Below are positions 8,093 through 16,213 of a stretch of DNA of 24,000 nt, piece after piece; the first letter of the stretch is position 1, and each line of letters begins with the position of its first letter. The position numbers were made by a program, and so were the translations under genes. Location: contig NC_007626.1 in assembly GCF_000009985.1 (NCBI RefSeq), forward strand, positions 3,238,833 through 3,262,832, in the 5' to 3' direction. A model generated the notes under the pieces. That model was not told the origin of the DNA. It made no database searches and worked only from the letters and a program-made list of their open reading frames with translations. Source of the stretch: Paramagnetospirillum magneticum AMB-1. Its GTDB lineage: Bacteria > Pseudomonadota > Alphaproteobacteria > Rhodospirillales > Magnetospirillaceae.

Positions 8093-10195
8093 ATGGCCCT
8101 CGACATCAAGCGCTTCACCGCCCGCTTCGTCGACGAGGCCCGCGACCATCTCCGCAAGGTGGAGGATGGGCTGGCGACCCTCGACAGCACCCCCGCCGAT
8201 TCCGAGACCATCAACGCCGTCTTCCGCTCCGCCCACACGGTCAAGGGCTCGTCGCGGATGCTCAAGCTGATCCCGATCACCGAAACGGCCCACAAGGTCG
8301 AGGACGTGCTGGGCGCCCTGCGCGACGGCAGCCTGAGTTGGAGTCCCGAGTTGCGGCGCCTGCTGCAGCGGGGCGTCGACGCCCTGTCCGCCCAGGTGGA
8401 CGCCGTGGCCGACGGCAATCCGCCGGCCGAGCCCGACCCGGCCCTGTGCGCCGCCCTGGCCGCCGCCTTGAGGGGGCCGCAGCCAGCGACCGAGCCTCCC
8501 CCGGCTCCGGCCCCCGCCTCCGCCCCGCCCGCCGCCGAGCCGCCGCCCCAGGCCGAGGTGCGCCTGAAATCGGCCGACACGGTGCGGGTGCAGCTGACCA
8601 AGCTGGACGAGCTGATCCGCCTGATGGGCGAGGTGGTGTCCAGCCACGCCCGCCTGCGGCAAAGACTGACCGACATCCGCCAGATCGAGCGCGAGACCCA
8701 GGACCGGGGCGAGGCGGCGGCGCTGACCGGCTTTGCCCGCGACCTGCGCGAGGACGTGTTCTCCCAGGAATTGCTGATGGACGAGCTGCATGCCAAGGCC
8801 CTGGTCATGCGCATGCTGCCCCTGGCCATCGTCCTGGAGCCGGCGGCGCGGCTGATCCGCGATCTCGGACGCTCCCTGGGCAAGGACGTGGAATGCGTGG
8901 TGGGCGGCACCGAGATCGAACTGGACCGCCAGTTGATCGACCGCCTCAACGATCCCATCGTCCATCTGCTGAGGAACTCCGTCGATCACGGCATCGAGGA
9001 TGCCGCCACCCGCCAGGCCGCCGGCAAGCCGCCCTTCGGCACCATCCGTCTGAGCGCCCGCCAGGATGGGGGCTGGGTGCTGATCGAGGTGGCCGACGAC
9101 GGCGGCGGCCTGCCGCTGGCGGCCATCCGCGACAAGGCGGTCCGCAAGGGATTGCTGAGTGCCGAGCAGGCGGCCGCCATGCCCGATTCCGAGGCCATCG
9201 ACCTGATCTTCTCGCCCGGGTTCAGCACCAGCTCCATCATCACCGAGGTCTCGGGACGCGGCGTGGGAATGGACGTGGTCAAGCGGACCATCGTCGACGA
9301 CCTTCAGGGTGTGATCGGTGTCGAGACCGTGCCGGGCAAGGGAACCACCTTCGCGCTGCGCCTGCCCCTGTCCCTGGCGGTAATGCGGGTCCTGGTGGTC
9401 TCGGCCGGGGGCGAAAGCTTCGGCTTCACCGCCCAATACGTGGCCCAGCTTCTGGAGCTTCCGCCCGAAAGGCTGCTGACGGTGGCCGAACGGGACGCGG
9501 TGGTCATCGACAACGAATTCATTCCCGTGGTCTCGCTGGCGACCTTGCTGGGATTGCCCGGCGCCCGTCCGGCCAGGCCGGTGCTCCGGCTGGTGGTGGT
9601 GCGGGTGCGCAACGAGAAACTGGCGCTGCTGGTCGACGAGCTGATCGACGAGCGCGACATGGTGATCAAGCCGCTGCCCGAGCATCTGCGCCACCTGCCG
9701 CTGGTGGCCGGCATGGTCATGACCGGCCGCAATACCCTGGTCAGCGTCCTCCACGCCCCGGTTCTGCTCGACATGGCGCGCCGAGCGCGCGGCGGCATGA
9801 CCGAGGCGCCCCAGTCCGGCGCCGGCGACGCCGTGCGAATCCTGGTGGTCGACGATTCCCTCAATACCCGCGAGATCGAGAAGGACGTGCTGGAAGCCCA
9901 CGGCTATGTGGTCACCCTGGCCGAGGACGGCGTCGACGGGCTGGCGAAGGCCAGGGCCGGCGATTTCGACGCGATCCTGACCGATGTGGAGATGCCCAAC
10001 ATGGACGGCTTCACGCTGACCGCCGCGCTGCGCCAGGACGAGCGTTACCGCGACCGGCCGATCATCATCGTCACCTCGCGGGAAAGGGAAGAAGACAAGC
10101 GGCGCGGCATCCAGGTCGGAGCCGACGCCTATATCGTCAAGGGCGACTTCGACCAGAGCAGTCTGGTCGATACCTTGCGCAGTCTGTTAGGGTGA
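8093..10195 (+). CDS. cheA: Hybrid chemosensory histidine kinase CheA with C-terminal receiver (WspE/FrzE-like)
   Basis: The HPt/P1 domain contains FRSAHTVKGSSRML. A Pro/Ala linker stands where a recognisable P2 domain would be. The dimerisation region reads VRVQLTKLDELIRLMGEVV. The HATPase has an N box (HLLRNSVDHGIE), G1 (VADDGGG) and G2 (SGRGVGMDVV). A CheW-like domain follows (VVSAGGESFGFTAQYV...LALLVDELIDE). The REC domain reads RILVVDDS...ILTDVEMPNMDG...YIVKG. Confidence 0.93.
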   Translation: MALDIKRFTARFVDEARDHLRKVEDGLATLDSTPADSETINAVFRSAHTVKGSSRMLKLIPITETAHKVEDVLGALRDGSLSWSPELRRLLQRGVDALSAQVDAVADGNPPAEPDPALCAALAAALRGPQPATEPPPAPAPASAPPAAEPPPQAEVRLKSADTVRVQLTKLDELIRLMGEVVSSHARLRQRLTDIRQIERETQDRGEAAALTGFARDLREDVFSQELLMDELHAKALVMRMLPLAIVLEPAARLIRDLGRSLGKDVECVVGGTEIELDRQLIDRLNDPIVHLLRNSVDHGIEDAATRQAAGKPPFGTIRLSARQDGGWVLIEVADDGGGLPLAAIRDKAVRKGLLSAEQAAAMPDSEAIDLIFSPGFSTSSIITEVSGRGVGMDVVKRTIVDDLQGVIGVETVPGKGTTFALRLPLSLAVMRVLVVSAGGESFGFTAQYVAQLLELPPERLLTVAERDAVVIDNEFIPVVSLATLLGLPGARPARPVLRLVVVRVRNEKLALLVDELIDERDMVIKPLPEHLRHLPLVAGMVMTGRNTLVSVLHAPVLLDMARRARGGMTEAPQSGAGDAVRILVVDDSLNTREIEKDVLEAHGYVVTLAEDGVDGLAKARAGDFDAILTDVEMPNMDGFTLTAALRQDERYRDRPIIIVTSREREEDKRRGIQVGADAYIVKGDFDQSSLVDTLRSLLG

Positions 10196-10222
10196 AATTG
10201 CCGGATAAAGGGCGGGCAAAGC

Positions 10223-10591
10223 ATGCGGATACTGGTGGTTGACGACGATGCCATGGCGGGCGAGATGACCGGCGCGGTCCTGGAGGATGCCGGGCATGAC
10301 GTGGTCCTGGTGGAAAACGGCATCGATGCCACCGAGGCCCTGTCGGAGCAGGGGCCTTTCGATCTGGTGGTGTCGGACATGAACATGCCGCTGGTCAGCG
10401 GCATCGACTTGTTTCGCAATCTGCGCGACCAGGGCGAGGACATTCCCTTCATCCTGCTGACCGGCGACGAGCCCGGCCCGCTTCTGGCCGAGGAGCCGCG
10501 GCTCGACGGCTGCCTGACCAAGGATTTCACCCTGGAAACCTCGCTGATGGACGCCATCTCCGCCGCCATGGCCAAGCAGGAACGGGGCTAG
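10223..10591 (+). CDS. Stand-alone CheY-like receiver protein
   Basis: A 122-aa ORF: MRILVVDDDAMAGEM..., phosphoacceptor context LVVSDMNMPLVSG, ILLTGDEP, and conserved Lys context GCLTKDF. Confidence 0.85.
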   Translation: MRILVVDDDAMAGEMTGAVLEDAGHDVVLVENGIDATEALSEQGPFDLVVSDMNMPLVSGIDLFRNLRDQGEDIPFILLTGDEPGPLLAEEPRLDGCLTKDFTLETSLMDAISAAMAKQERG

Positions 10592-10596
10592 ACGGC

Positions 10597-12285
10597 ATGG
10601 ACGCCCGCAAGCCGACGCTCCGCGAAAAGATCCAGAAGCTGCGCCAGACCTTTCTCGGCAAGGTGCCCGAGACCGTCCGGCAGGGACGCGACCTCGGGGC
10701 ACGCCTGATCCTGACCCCCAAGGAATCGGGCACCCTGGACGACCTGTACCGCGTCTTCCATTCCATCAAGGGAACCGCCGCCTCGTTCGGACTCGAGGAA
10801 ATCAGCGCCAAGGGCGGCGCCGGCGAGGAAGTGCTTCTCGCGTTCCGCGCCCTGGACGAGGACGCCCGGGCGCGGGCCGTGTCCGGCTCGGTGGCCGAGA
10901 TGAACGCCCTTCTGGCCCAGGTCGTGGAACTGGCGGCCGCGGCGCTGGACAGCGAGAACCGGCTGTCCGCCCTGGCGCCCTCCTTCGACCTTGGCCTGGA
11001 GAGCGGCGACGATGGGGCGCCGCGCAAGCGCGTCTATATGTGCGACGACGACGAACTGGCCGCCGAGACCCTGATCATCCAGCTGAAATGCTTCGGCTAT
11101 GCCGTGGTCAACTTCGTCTCGCCCGATGCCCTGCGGGCGGCGGTGCTGTCCAATCCCCCCGACGCGGTCATCATGGACATCATGTTCCCCGGCGGCAGCC
11201 ATACGGGCACCGAGACCGTGGCCAGCCTGCGGCGCGAGATGCCGAACCCGCCGCCGGTGATCTTCATTTCCGGCCGCCGCGATTTCGATGCCCGTCTGCG
11301 GGCGGTGATGGCCGGCGGCCAGGCCTATTTCGCCAAGCCGGTGCGCGCCATCGAATTGGTGGACACCCTGGACACCATGACGTCGCGGCGCGAACCCGAG
11401 CCCTACCGCATCCTGGTGGTGGACGACGAGCCGGAAGTGGCCGAGTACCACAGCCTGATCCTGGAAGAAGCGGGCATGATCACCAGCCTGCTGCACGAAC
11501 CGGCCGGCATTCTCGACGCCCTGGCGGCGTTCCGCCCCGATCTGGTGCTGATGGACATGTACATGCCCCAGTGCACGGGGCGCGACCTGTCCCGGCTGAT
11601 CCGCCAGATTCCCGATTTCATCAGCCTGCCCATCGTCTTCCTGTCCAGCGAGACCAACAAGGTGACGCAGGTTTCGGCCATGCGGGTGGGCGCCGAGGCC
11701 TTCCTCACCAAGCCCATCCAGCCCGAGGACCTGATCAGCGCCGTGGCCATCCGCGCCGAGCGGATGCGCACCCTGCGCTCGCTGATGGTCCGCGATGGAC
11801 TGACCGGTTTGTTCAACCACACCTTCATCGTCCAGTATCTCGACACCGCCCTGGCGGCGGCCCGGCGCGAGAACGGCAAGCTCTGCGTGGCGATGATCGA
11901 CGTGGACCTGTTCAAGTCGGTCAACGACACCTATGGCCACCCCACCGGGGATCAGGTCCTGGTGGCCCTGGCGCGATTGCTGCAACAGCGGCTGCGCACC
12001 AACGACCTGATCGGGCGCTATGGCGGCGAGGAATTCGTCGTCGTCATGCAAAATGTCAGCCTGAAGGAAGGAATGACCGTCATGAACGGCCTGCGCGAGG
12101 ACTTCGCGCGCCTGAAGTTCCAAAGCGGCGACCAGTTCTTCTCCTGCACCTTCAGCGGCGGTATCTCGCGCTTTCCCGAGATCGCCGGCGACCGGCTGAT
12201 CGAGGCCGCCGACAAGGCCCTCTACGAGGCCAAGCAGGCCGGGCGCAACCGCATCGAGCTGGCGTCGCTGGAGCCACTTCCATGA
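10597..12285 (+). CDS. HPt-REC-REC-GGDEF diguanylate cyclase (PleD/WspR-like output with its own HPt)
   Basis: The N-terminal HPt reads LYRVFHSIKGTAASFGLEE. REC1 reads RVYMCDDDELA...AVIMDIMFPGG...IFISGR...YFAKP. REC2 reads RILVVDDEPEVA...LVLMDMYMPQCTG...VFLSSE...FLTKP. The GGDEF domain reads RDGLTGLFNH...DVDLFKSVNDTYGHPTGD...RTNDLIGRYGGEEF. It therefore has an intact GGEEF A-site and an RxxD I-site (RTND) five residues upstream. Confidence 0.9.
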   Translation: MDARKPTLREKIQKLRQTFLGKVPETVRQGRDLGARLILTPKESGTLDDLYRVFHSIKGTAASFGLEEISAKGGAGEEVLLAFRALDEDARARAVSGSVAEMNALLAQVVELAAAALDSENRLSALAPSFDLGLESGDDGAPRKRVYMCDDDELAAETLIIQLKCFGYAVVNFVSPDALRAAVLSNPPDAVIMDIMFPGGSHTGTETVASLRREMPNPPPVIFISGRRDFDARLRAVMAGGQAYFAKPVRAIELVDTLDTMTSRREPEPYRILVVDDEPEVAEYHSLILEEAGMITSLLHEPAGILDALAAFRPDLVLMDMYMPQCTGRDLSRLIRQIPDFISLPIVFLSSETNKVTQVSAMRVGAEAFLTKPIQPEDLISAVAIRAERMRTLRSLMVRDGLTGLFNHTFIVQYLDTALAAARRENGKLCVAMIDVDLFKSVNDTYGHPTGDQVLVALARLLQQRLRTNDLIGRYGGEEFVVVMQNVSLKEGMTVMNGLREDFARLKFQSGDQFFSCTFSGGISRFPEIAGDRLIEAADKALYEAKQAGRNRIELASLEPLP

Positions 12286-12833
12286 GCGACAGCGATTTCT
12301 CCCAAAAACACATGAGCGGCGACGGCGATCTCTCCCTCGACCAGATTCTCGAGGCCCGGCGGGGCGAAACCCGCGCCATCGTCAATGTGGACGAGCCCCA
12401 GTTGAAGCTGGTGGTCTTCACCCTGGAGGGCGACTGGTTCGCCTTCGTCGGCGAGAAGGTCCGCGAAGTCCTGCCCGACAGCCCGGTCTTCTACCTGCCC
12501 GGCTGCCCGCCGTCGCTGGAAGGCGTCATCAACGTCCGGGGCGACATCGATTCGGTGGTGAATCTGCGCGCCGTCCTGGGCTATGCCCCGGCGCCGAGCC
12601 ATGACAGCTCGCGCATCCTGCTGTGCCAGGGCGGCGGCATGCGCAGCGGCGTGCGTGTCGATGGCGTCGAAGAGGTGATGGACATCCCGCAAAGCCGGGT
12701 CCTGGCCCCGCCCCATACCATCGCGGAGCACCGCAAGCCCATCGTTCTGGGCATCATCGAGTTCGCCGGGCATCTGGTGACCCTGCTCGACCTTGAACGG
12801 ATCTTCACCGATTACCGGGCTCATCTGGGATGA
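12282..12833 (+). CDS. cheW: CheW coupling protein
   Basis: Begins MSDSDFSQ. The CheW domain reads LKLVVFTLEGDWFAFVGEKVREVLP...LPGCPPSLEGVINVRGDIDSVVNLRAVLG...GVRVDGVEEVMDI...GHLVTLLDLERIF. The start is an ATGA overlap with the preceding stop (12282-12285). The upstream part of track ORF 11040-12833 is out of frame with the GGDEF gene. Confidence 0.88.
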   Translation: MSDSDFSQKHMSGDGDLSLDQILEARRGETRAIVNVDEPQLKLVVFTLEGDWFAFVGEKVREVLPDSPVFYLPGCPPSLEGVINVRGDIDSVVNLRAVLGYAPAPSHDSSRILLCQGGGMRSGVRVDGVEEVMDIPQSRVLAPPHTIAEHRKPIVLGIIEFAGHLVTLLDLERIFTDYRAHLG

Positions 12834-13192
12834 AGGCCGAGGCGTCGCTGCCGGTGGTGACCTTCCGGGCGGCGGGAGTGCGCTTTGCCCTGCCGGCGCG
12901 CCAGGTGGTCGCCATGCGCCCCCTGGGGGACGCGCCGTCTGCGGCCGCCGCCGTGGAGGATCTGCTGGGCCTGCCCCGCGAGGCGCCCCCCGCCTGCCTG
13001 CTGCATTTGCGCATCCGAGACACGGAAATGACGGTTCAGGTCTCCGGCGAGGTGGCCATGCGCCAGTTGCCGGCCACCTCCATTCACCCGCTGCCGCCGC
13101 TGGTCGCCGCCTGCTCCCGGCTGAAGGGCCTGTCGGCGGTGGCCCTGGACGAAGCCGGCATGATCATCCTGATCGAGCCCGCCCGCCTGTAG
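12830..13192 (+). CDS. Short, divergent CheW-like protein (second coupling protein, WspB/WspD analogue)
   Basis: A 120-aa ORF with GC3 bias and an ATGA-coupled start. It has CheW-like ends (VVTFRAAGVRFALPARQVVAM... and ...GLSAVALDEAGMIILIEPARL). It lacks the central VPxxPxxVxGVINLRG segment. Confidence 0.55.
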   Translation: MKAEASLPVVTFRAAGVRFALPARQVVAMRPLGDAPSAAAAVEDLLGLPREAPPACLLHLRIRDTEMTVQVSGEVAMRQLPATSIHPLPPLVAACSRLKGLSAVALDEAGMIILIEPARL

Positions 13193-13241
13193 CAGGTTGC
13201 GGAGAAACCCCGCTTGCGCGGCAGGGCACCCGCCCTGACCC

Positions 13242-13280
13242 GTTCGGAGGCACAGCCTCCGAACCTCCTGCTTTTTATTT
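13242..13280 (+). terminator. Rho-independent terminator closing the chemosensory operon
   Basis: A perfect 10-bp stem, GTTCGGAGGC (13242-13251) paired with GCCTCCGAAC (13255-13264). It is followed after a short spacer by CTTTTTATTT (13271-13280), and sits 50 nt past the last che stop. Confidence 0.6.
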
Positions 13281-13304
13281 CAATGGGTTAAAATGCTGAA
13301 GGGT

Positions 13305-13354
13305 TCGGGAAGCCGGGCTTCCCGATTGGGGGATCGGGGGCAAAAGCCCCCGAT
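13305..13354 (+). promoter_or_regulatory. Two adjacent palindromes or hairpins upstream of pqiA (5'-UTR structure or operator pair)
   Basis: TCGGGAAGCC-G-GGCTTCCCGA (13305-13325) and ATCGGGGGC-AAAA-GCCCCCGAT (13333-13354). Each is followed by TTGG(G/A)GG. A -10-like TAAAAT lies at 13289-13294. Confidence 0.3.
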
Positions 13355-13400
13355 TGGAGGCGTTGCCGGTGACGTCCGGCCGCGATATGGTCGAGCGGTC

Positions 13401-13997
13401 ATGAACCATCTTTGCGCCTGCCCCCATTGCGACGCCCTGCACCGACGGCCAGCGCTGCGGCGCGGCGAAAAGGCCCTGTGTGTCCGCTGCGGCTCGGTGC
13501 TGGTCCGGCGCCACCGGCTGGCTCCCGACCATATCCTGGCGCTGGTGGTGGCGGCGGTGATGGTGTTCGCCATCGCCAACGCCTTTCCCATCGTCGATCT
13601 GCGCATCCAGGGCCTGCGCGGCGGCACCACCTTGTCCGGCGCCGTCGCCGCCCTGTGGTCGGAGGGGCGCCAGCCCATGGCCATGCTGGTCTGCGCCACC
13701 ACCCAGGTGTTCCCGCTGCTCGACCTCGGCTGCATGCTGGCGCTGCTGCTGACGGCATCGCGCCCCGGCCGTCCCGCCTGGTTCGGACCCCTGCTCCGCT
13801 TCGTCCAGGAGATGCGCCCCTGGGGCATGGTCGAGGTCTTCATGCTGGGCGTGGTGGTGTCGCTGGTGAAGCTGTCGGGCATGGCCACCATTCTGCCCGG
13901 CAAGGCGCTTTTGGCCTTTGCCCTGCTGACCGTGCTGATGGCGGCGATCCTGTCGTTCCATCCCCACCAGCTTTGGAACGAGCCCGAGCATGAGTGA
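13401..13997 (+). CDS. pqiA: PqiA-family inner-membrane protein, first half-gene
   Basis: Begins MNHLCACPHCDALHRRPALRRGEKALCVRCGSVL (a CxxC...CxxC ribbon), followed by hydrophobic helices (ILALVVAAVMVFAIANAFPIV, MVEVFMLGVVVSLVKL). The start is set at ATG 13401. Track start 13293 would run through the hairpin region. Confidence 0.8.
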   Translation: MNHLCACPHCDALHRRPALRRGEKALCVRCGSVLVRRHRLAPDHILALVVAAVMVFAIANAFPIVDLRIQGLRGGTTLSGAVAALWSEGRQPMAMLVCATTQVFPLLDLGCMLALLLTASRPGRPAWFGPLLRFVQEMRPWGMVEVFMLGVVVSLVKLSGMATILPGKALLAFALLTVLMAAILSFHPHQLWNEPEHE

Positions 13998-14619
13998 CGA
14001 CGCCCCCATCTCGGCCGCCGAGGCGGGCCTGATGGCCTGCGGCCATTGCGGCCAGATCATGGAGCACCGGGACGGCCCCATCGCCTGCCCCCGCTGCGGC
14101 GGCAGCGTGCGTCCACGCAAGCCCGCCAGCCTGTCGCGCACCTGGGCTCTGCTGCTGACGGCGATCATCCTCTATGTTCCGGCCAACCTGCTGCCGATCA
14201 TGGAGACCTCGTCGCTTTTGGTCACCTCACGCGACACCATCATCGGCGGCGTGGTGTATTTCTGGCATTCCGGCTCGCCCGGGCTGGCGGCCCTGATCTT
14301 CAGCGTCAGCATCCTGGTGCCGGTGCTGAAGATGTGCATCCTGGCCATCCTGGCCCTGACCGTGCAGTTCGGCTGGCCGCTGGACCGCCGCCAGTGCATC
14401 ACCCTGTTCCACGTCATCGAGTTCGTCGGCCGCTGGTCCATGCTGGACGTGTTCGTGGTGGCGCTGATGGTGGGGCTGGTGCGCTTCAAGGGGCTGGCGG
14501 TGATCGAGGCCGGACCCGGAGCCATTGCCTTCGGCCTCGTGGTTGCGTTAACAATGCTGGCCACCCATTCCTTCGACCCCCGCCTGATCTGGGATTCCCC
14601 CCGTCGTGCCCTCGGCTGA
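13990..14619 (+). CDS. pqiA: PqiA-family inner-membrane protein, second half-gene
   Basis: CGHCGQIM...CPRCGG ribbon, then WALLLTAIILYVPANLLPIMETS, SILVPVLKMCILAILALTV and RWSMLDVFVVALMVGLV. The start has an 8-nt overlap (ATGAGTGA) with the first half-gene. Confidence 0.85.
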   Translation: MSDDAPISAAEAGLMACGHCGQIMEHRDGPIACPRCGGSVRPRKPASLSRTWALLLTAIILYVPANLLPIMETSSLLVTSRDTIIGGVVYFWHSGSPGLAALIFSVSILVPVLKMCILAILALTVQFGWPLDRRQCITLFHVIEFVGRWSMLDVFVVALMVGLVRFKGLAVIEAGPGAIAFGLVVALTMLATHSFDPRLIWDSPRRALG

Positions 14620-16213
14620 TTCGCCTTCCCCCCAGCGCCCGGCCGAGCCGAGGATCCTTCCTCCGCGCCGCTGGCTGCCCTCGGCCATCTGGATCATTCC
14701 CGCCCTGGCGGCGCTGTTCGCCCTGTCGCTGGTGATCCACGCGCTGAACCAGCGCGGCCCGGCGATTACCGTCTATTTCGCCAGCGCCCAGGGCATCGAG
14801 GCCGGCAAGACCAAGGTGAAGTTCAAGGATGTGGAGATCGGCGACGTCACCGAACTGCATCTGGCCCCCGACCGCACGCGCGTCCAGGTGCGCATCGAGC
14901 TGAAAAAGGAGGCCGAGGGCTTCGCCGTCGAGGACAGCCGCTTCTGGGTGGTGCGCCCCCGCATGGCGGGCAGCGGCGTATCGGGCCTCGAGACCCTGCT
15001 GTCGGGCAGCTATATCGGCGTGGACGGTGGACATTCCGACAAGAAAAGCACCGAGTTCACCGGGCTGGAAGTGCCGCCGGTGATCGCCTCGGACATGCCG
15101 GGTCGGCGCTTCGTGCTGGTGGCCCGCGACATCGGCTCGCTCGATGTCGGCTCGCCGGTCTTCTTCCGCCGCATCCCCGTGGGCCATATCGAGAGCTACG
15201 CCCTGCAGCCCGACGGCCACAGCCTGTTCCTCAGCGCCTTCGTCAAGGCCCCCTATGACCGCTTCGTCACCGACGGCACCCGCTTCTGGCACGCCAGCGG
15301 CGTCGATCTGCGGCTGGATGCGGGCGGGCTGAAGCTCAACACCCAGTCGCTGGCCGCCATGCTGCTGGGCGGCGTCGCCTTCGAATCGCCCGACGGCAAT
15401 ATCGAAGCCCCCGAGGCCGCCCCGGCCACCCGCTTCGCCCTGGCCGCCGATCACGATTCCGCCCTCAAGGCCCCCGATGGCGAGGCTTATCCCCTGGTGC
15501 TGCGCTTTCACCAGACGGTCCGGGGCCTGACCATCGGCGCCCCGGTGGATTTCCGCGGCGCCGAGTTGGGTCAGGTCCGCGCCATCACCATGGCCTATGA
15601 CCGGGAAACCGCCGACTTCACCCCGGTGGTGACGGTGGATGTCTATCCCGACCGCCTGGACGTGGTCGGCGCCGACCCCAAGCCGCTAACCGACGAACAG
15701 CGGCAACGGCGTCTGGTCGAGCTGGTACGGCGAGGGCTGCGCGCCCAGTTGCGCACCGGCAATCTGGTCACCGGCCAGCTCTACGTGGCGCTGGACTTCT
15801 TCCCCAACGCCCCGCCGGTCAAGCTGAATCCGGCCGCCGAGCCGCCCGAACTGCCCACCGTGCCCGGCGATTTCGAGGAGCTTTACAAGCAGGTCCAGGC
15901 GATCCTGCGCAAGCTGGACAAGGTGCCGCTCGACGCCATCGGCCAGAACCTGCATGCCACCATGAAGCATCTGGACGCCATGACGGCCCGCACCGACAAG
16001 GAGGTGCTGCCGGAACTGCGCGACAGCCTGAAGGAAATGCGCGCCAGCATGGAAAGCCTGACCGCCGCCATGGCCGGCGACGCGCCGCTGCAGCAGGACA
16101 CCCGCCAGGCACTCAAGGGCCTGACCGAGGCCACCCGCTCGCTGAAGCGGCTGACCGACAGCCTGGACCGCCAGCCTGAATCCCTGCTGCAGGGCCGAAA
16201 GGAACAGCAATGA
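14606..16213 (+). CDS. pqiB: PqiB-like MCE-domain intermembrane transport protein
   Basis: A 535-aa ORF with an N-terminal anchor (WLPSAIWIIPALAALFALSLVI). It has repeated MCE-like segments (GKTKVKFKDVEIGDVTEL..., SPVFFRRIPVGHIESY..., APVDFRGAELGQVRAI...). The C-terminal tail is helical. The start is GTG at 14606 and its exact position is uncertain. Confidence 0.88.
   Translation: MPSADSPSPQRPAEPRILPPRRWLPSAIWIIPALAALFALSLVIHALNQRGPAITVYFASAQGIEAGKTKVKFKDVEIGDVTELHLAPDRTRVQVRIELKKEAEGFAVEDSRFWVVRPRMAGSGVSGLETLLSGSYIGVDGGHSDKKSTEFTGLEVPPVIASDMPGRRFVLVARDIGSLDVGSPVFFRRIPVGHIESYALQPDGHSLFLSAFVKAPYDRFVTDGTRFWHASGVDLRLDAGGLKLNTQSLAAMLLGGVAFESPDGNIEAPEAAPATRFALAADHDSALKAPDGEAYPLVLRFHQTVRGLTIGAPVDFRGAELGQVRAITMAYDRETADFTPVVTVDVYPDRLDVVGADPKPLTDEQRQRRLVELVRRGLRAQLRTGNLVTGQLYVALDFFPNAPPVKLNPAAEPPELPTVPGDFEELYKQVQAILRKLDKVPLDAIGQNLHATMKHLDAMTARTDKEVLPELRDSLKEMRASMESLTAAMAGDAPLQQDTRQALKGLTEATRSLKRLTDSLDRQPESLLQGRKEQQ

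Noticed and set aside
6350-9901. The longest ORF in the track (1183 aa, minus strand), antisense to cheB, cheR and cheA
   Set aside because: The product is Gly/Arg/Ala/Pro/His-rich low-complexity sequence with no recognisable motifs. It lies entirely opposite three plus-strand genes with clear domain signatures. This is typical shadow-ORF behaviour in GC-rich DNA.
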